Source of the DNA: an uncultured delta proteobacterium
GTDB lineage: Bacteria; Myxococcota_A; UBA9160; SMWR01
DNA: 64,000 nt
NCBI GenBank assembly: GCA_963832165.1
Contig: CAWHTE010000004.1
Span: 674,889-738,888 of the forward strand
Reading direction: 5' to 3'
In this document: positions 61,926 to 64,000 of the stretch, in pieces
Layout of the letters: each line of letters starts with the position of its first letter
Numbering within the stretch: position 1 is the first letter of the stretch
Program-made: the position numbers and the translations under genes
Notes under the pieces: generated by a model
Told to the model about the DNA's origin: nothing
What the model saw: only the letters and a program-made list of their open reading frames with translations
Databases searched by the model: none

Positions 61926-62527
61926 CCGCGGTCGAAGCGCTCGACGACCGGGTGCGCGGCGTCGAGGAGCTCATGCGCGCGCTCGACGCGGAGGCGACCG
62001 AGATCGAGGAGACGATCACTGCGGCGATGGCAGCGGATCCGCCGGACGAAGAGCAGGCCACGCTCGCGCAGAAAGGGCGCGACGAGCTCGCCCGAAAGCG
62101 CGAGCGGCTCGAGGCGCAGCGCTCCGCGCTCGAGCAGCAGCGCAGCGCGGCCGAGCGGGCCGACGCCCAGGTCGAGGTCGGCAGACTCTTGCCGCAGATG
62201 GCCGAGCAGTCGCGCGAGCTCGACGCAGCGGCCGAGCGCTTCTTTGCCGCGCTCGACGCGATCGCGTCCGCGGGGCCCGAGCTGCTGCGTGCCGCGGCGC
62301 AGCGGGGGCTCGCCCAGCGCGCAGTCGAGGCGCTCGAACGCAAGTACCGCTTCGAAATCGACTGGCCGCCGTGCGGCTCGGCGAAGCGGATCGGTCGCGC
62401 AAACGCGGGCACCGGCGGACTCGTCGGCCGGATCTCGGACGTGAGCTCGGAGGCCATCGACCAGGTGTGCCGCGCGGCTGCGTTCGTGTCCGACTCGCGC
62501 AACGTCGGCGAAGAGTGGTCGAAGTAG
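61922..62527 (+). CDS. Coiled-coil hypothetical protein
   Basis: E/R/A-rich heptads. Confidence 0.6.
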   Translation: MTAVEALDDRVRGVEELMRALDAEATEIEETITAAMAADPPDEEQATLAQKGRDELARKRERLEAQRSALEQQRSAAERADAQVEVGRLLPQMAEQSRELDAAAERFFAALDAIASAGPELLRAAAQRGLAQRAVEALERKYRFEIDWPPCGSAKRIGRANAGTGGLVGRISDVSSEAIDQVCRAAAFVSDSRNVGEEWSK

Positions 62528-62565
62528 ACCTAACATGCCGCCACGCGGCACAGGAGGAGAACGGG

Positions 62566-62808
62566 ATGAGTGATCTGGTCAAGGCAAAGTTCAAAGGCCC
62601 CGGAAAGCACGCACTGCGCGTGGAGGGCACCGAACCCGTCTACGCGACGATCGGCGAGGAGGTCGAGCTTTCCGCCGCGCAGGCGATGAACTTCCGCGAC
62701 CGCTTCGAGCTACCGGAAGGCTGGACGCCGCCGCCGCACCTGGTCAGGAGGCCGCCCTACGTCGCGGTCGGGTACGACTCCGCGCGGCCCGTGGGCGCGC
62801 AGGGCTGA
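62566..62808 (+). CDS. Small hypothetical protein
   Basis: RBS AGGAGGAG; MSDLVKAKFKGPG..GEEVELS. Confidence 0.6.
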   Translation: MSDLVKAKFKGPGKHALRVEGTEPVYATIGEEVELSAAQAMNFRDRFELPEGWTPPPHLVRRPPYVAVGYDSARPVGAQG

Positions 62809-62920
62809 TGGGCATGGGCGGGCGTTCGATCCATGGCGCTCGAGCCGGACTTGGGGTTCGGCTGGCGGCGCGGCTCGCATTCTTGTCCCGCGGGCCGCGC
62901 TGCTCCCGCCCGGAGTGCGC

Positions 62921-64000
62921 ATGCTGACGATCCTCGACGCGCTCGACGATCGCGCGCTGTTCGCGGAGGCCTTCCGCGGGCCGACGTGGCGGCCGTGGCG
63001 CGTCTTCCTCGCCGCACTGTTCGGGCTGCCGATTCTCGTCGCCTCCGAGCTCGAGCTCTACCGCGCGCGCACGGGGCGCACGGCCGCCCCGACGTCGCCG
63101 GCGCCGGAGGCGTTCGCGATCGTCGGGCGCCGCGGCGGCAAGAGCCGCGTGGCGGCGCTCGTGGCGGTGTTCCTCGCGTGCTTCCGGACCTACGACCTGG
63201 CGCCGGGCGAGCGCGGCGTGGTGATGGTGATCGCGGGCGATCGGCGTCAGGCGCGCGTGATCCTGAGGTACGTGGCGGCGCTGCTCGAGGGCGCGCCGAT
63301 GCTCGCGCGCCTGATCGACAAGCGCACGGCCGAGTCGATCGAGCTCGCCAACGGGATCGTGATCGAGGTGCACACGGCGAGCTTCCGCTCGACGCGCGGC
63401 CACACGGTGGTGGGGGCCATCCTCGACGAGCTCGCGTTCTGGAAGACCGACGACGCGGCCGAGCCCGACCACGAGGTGGTCGCCGCGCTGCGGCCCTCGA
63501 TGGCGACGATTCCCGGCGCGCTCTTGCTCGGGATCTCGAGCCCCTACGCGCGCCGCGGCGTGATCCACCAGGCGCACCGCGACCACTTCGGAAAGGACGG
63601 CGCCGACGTGCTCGTTGGCAAGCGCCGAGCCGCGTGATGAACCCGACGCTCCCGGAGTCGGTTGTCGCGCGCGCCTACGCCGACGATCCGGCTTCCGCGG
63701 TCGCCGAGTTCGGCGCCGAGTTCCGCAGCGACGTCGAGGGCTACGTCGCGCGCGAGGCGGTCGACGCGTGCGTGATACCCGACCGCTTCGAGCTCCCGCC
63801 GCTCCCGCGCGTCGAGTACGTCGGGTTTCTCGATCCGAGTGGAGGTTCGGTTGATTCGATGACTTGCGCTGTCGCCCATCTCGAGGGCGAGGCCGACGCG
63901 AGCACCGCGGATCTCGACGCGATCCGCGAGCGTCGGCCACCGTTCTCGCCCGATGCCGTGGTTGCCGAGTTTGCCGATCTGCTGCGTACCTATCGGATCG
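62921..64000 (+). CDS. Terminase large subunit-like protein, frameshift near 63625, truncated by the window end
   Basis: Walker A GRRGGKS, Walker B ILDELAF, ISSP motif III, MNPTL, nuclease FLDPSGG. Confidence 0.82.

Larger units (their letters stand above)
56200..64000 (+). mobile_element. Phage-satellite-like integrative element
   Basis: Recombinase remnant, att-like site, primase-helicase, small ORFs and terminase, all co-oriented. Confidence 0.7.

Noticed and set aside
857..64000. Many frameshifted genes as pseudogenes or programmed frameshifts
   Set aside because: Single-base indels are scattered over otherwise intact genes of all kinds, which fits assembly error better; reads are needed to decide.
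1..64000. CRISPR array or rRNA
   Set aside because: No regularly spaced repeat-spacer series, cas genes or rRNA-like sequence seen.

Overview
High-GC bacterial DNA; gene content (multiple SDR/ACAD/P450, PEP-CTERM and IPTL-CTERM proteins) suggests a Myxococcota/Deltaproteobacteria-like organism, which is an inference. Many genes carry single-base frameshifts, probably assembly indels. 1-9 kb is an aromatic/lipid catabolic operon (amidohydrolase, SDRs, an acyl-CoA dehydrogenase pair, Rieske dioxygenase alpha/beta, P450, AKR). 10-34 kb is mostly metabolic and includes a UGA/SECIS selenoprotein. An integrase-less integron-type cassette cluster (about 14.7-22.5 kb) with two intact attC sites, degenerate sites, two attI-like motifs and a LexA-like palindrome interrupts it. 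34-52 kb is an accessory island rich in surface-anchored PEP-CTERM/FGE-sulfatase paralogs. 50-57 kb holds three direct-orientation scars of large-serine-recombinase-like 3' ends, each with a tRNA-3'-like CCCCCGCTACCA plus a hairpin, separated by cargo genes. 57-64 kb is a compact primase-helicase/terminase element running off the window. The most unusual signal is a ~41-bp repeat inserted in frame in three unrelated enzymes, always encoding QV[SA]RSEPKAS[EG]D[HQ] and sharing a core with the intergenic GTAG-type REP elements.
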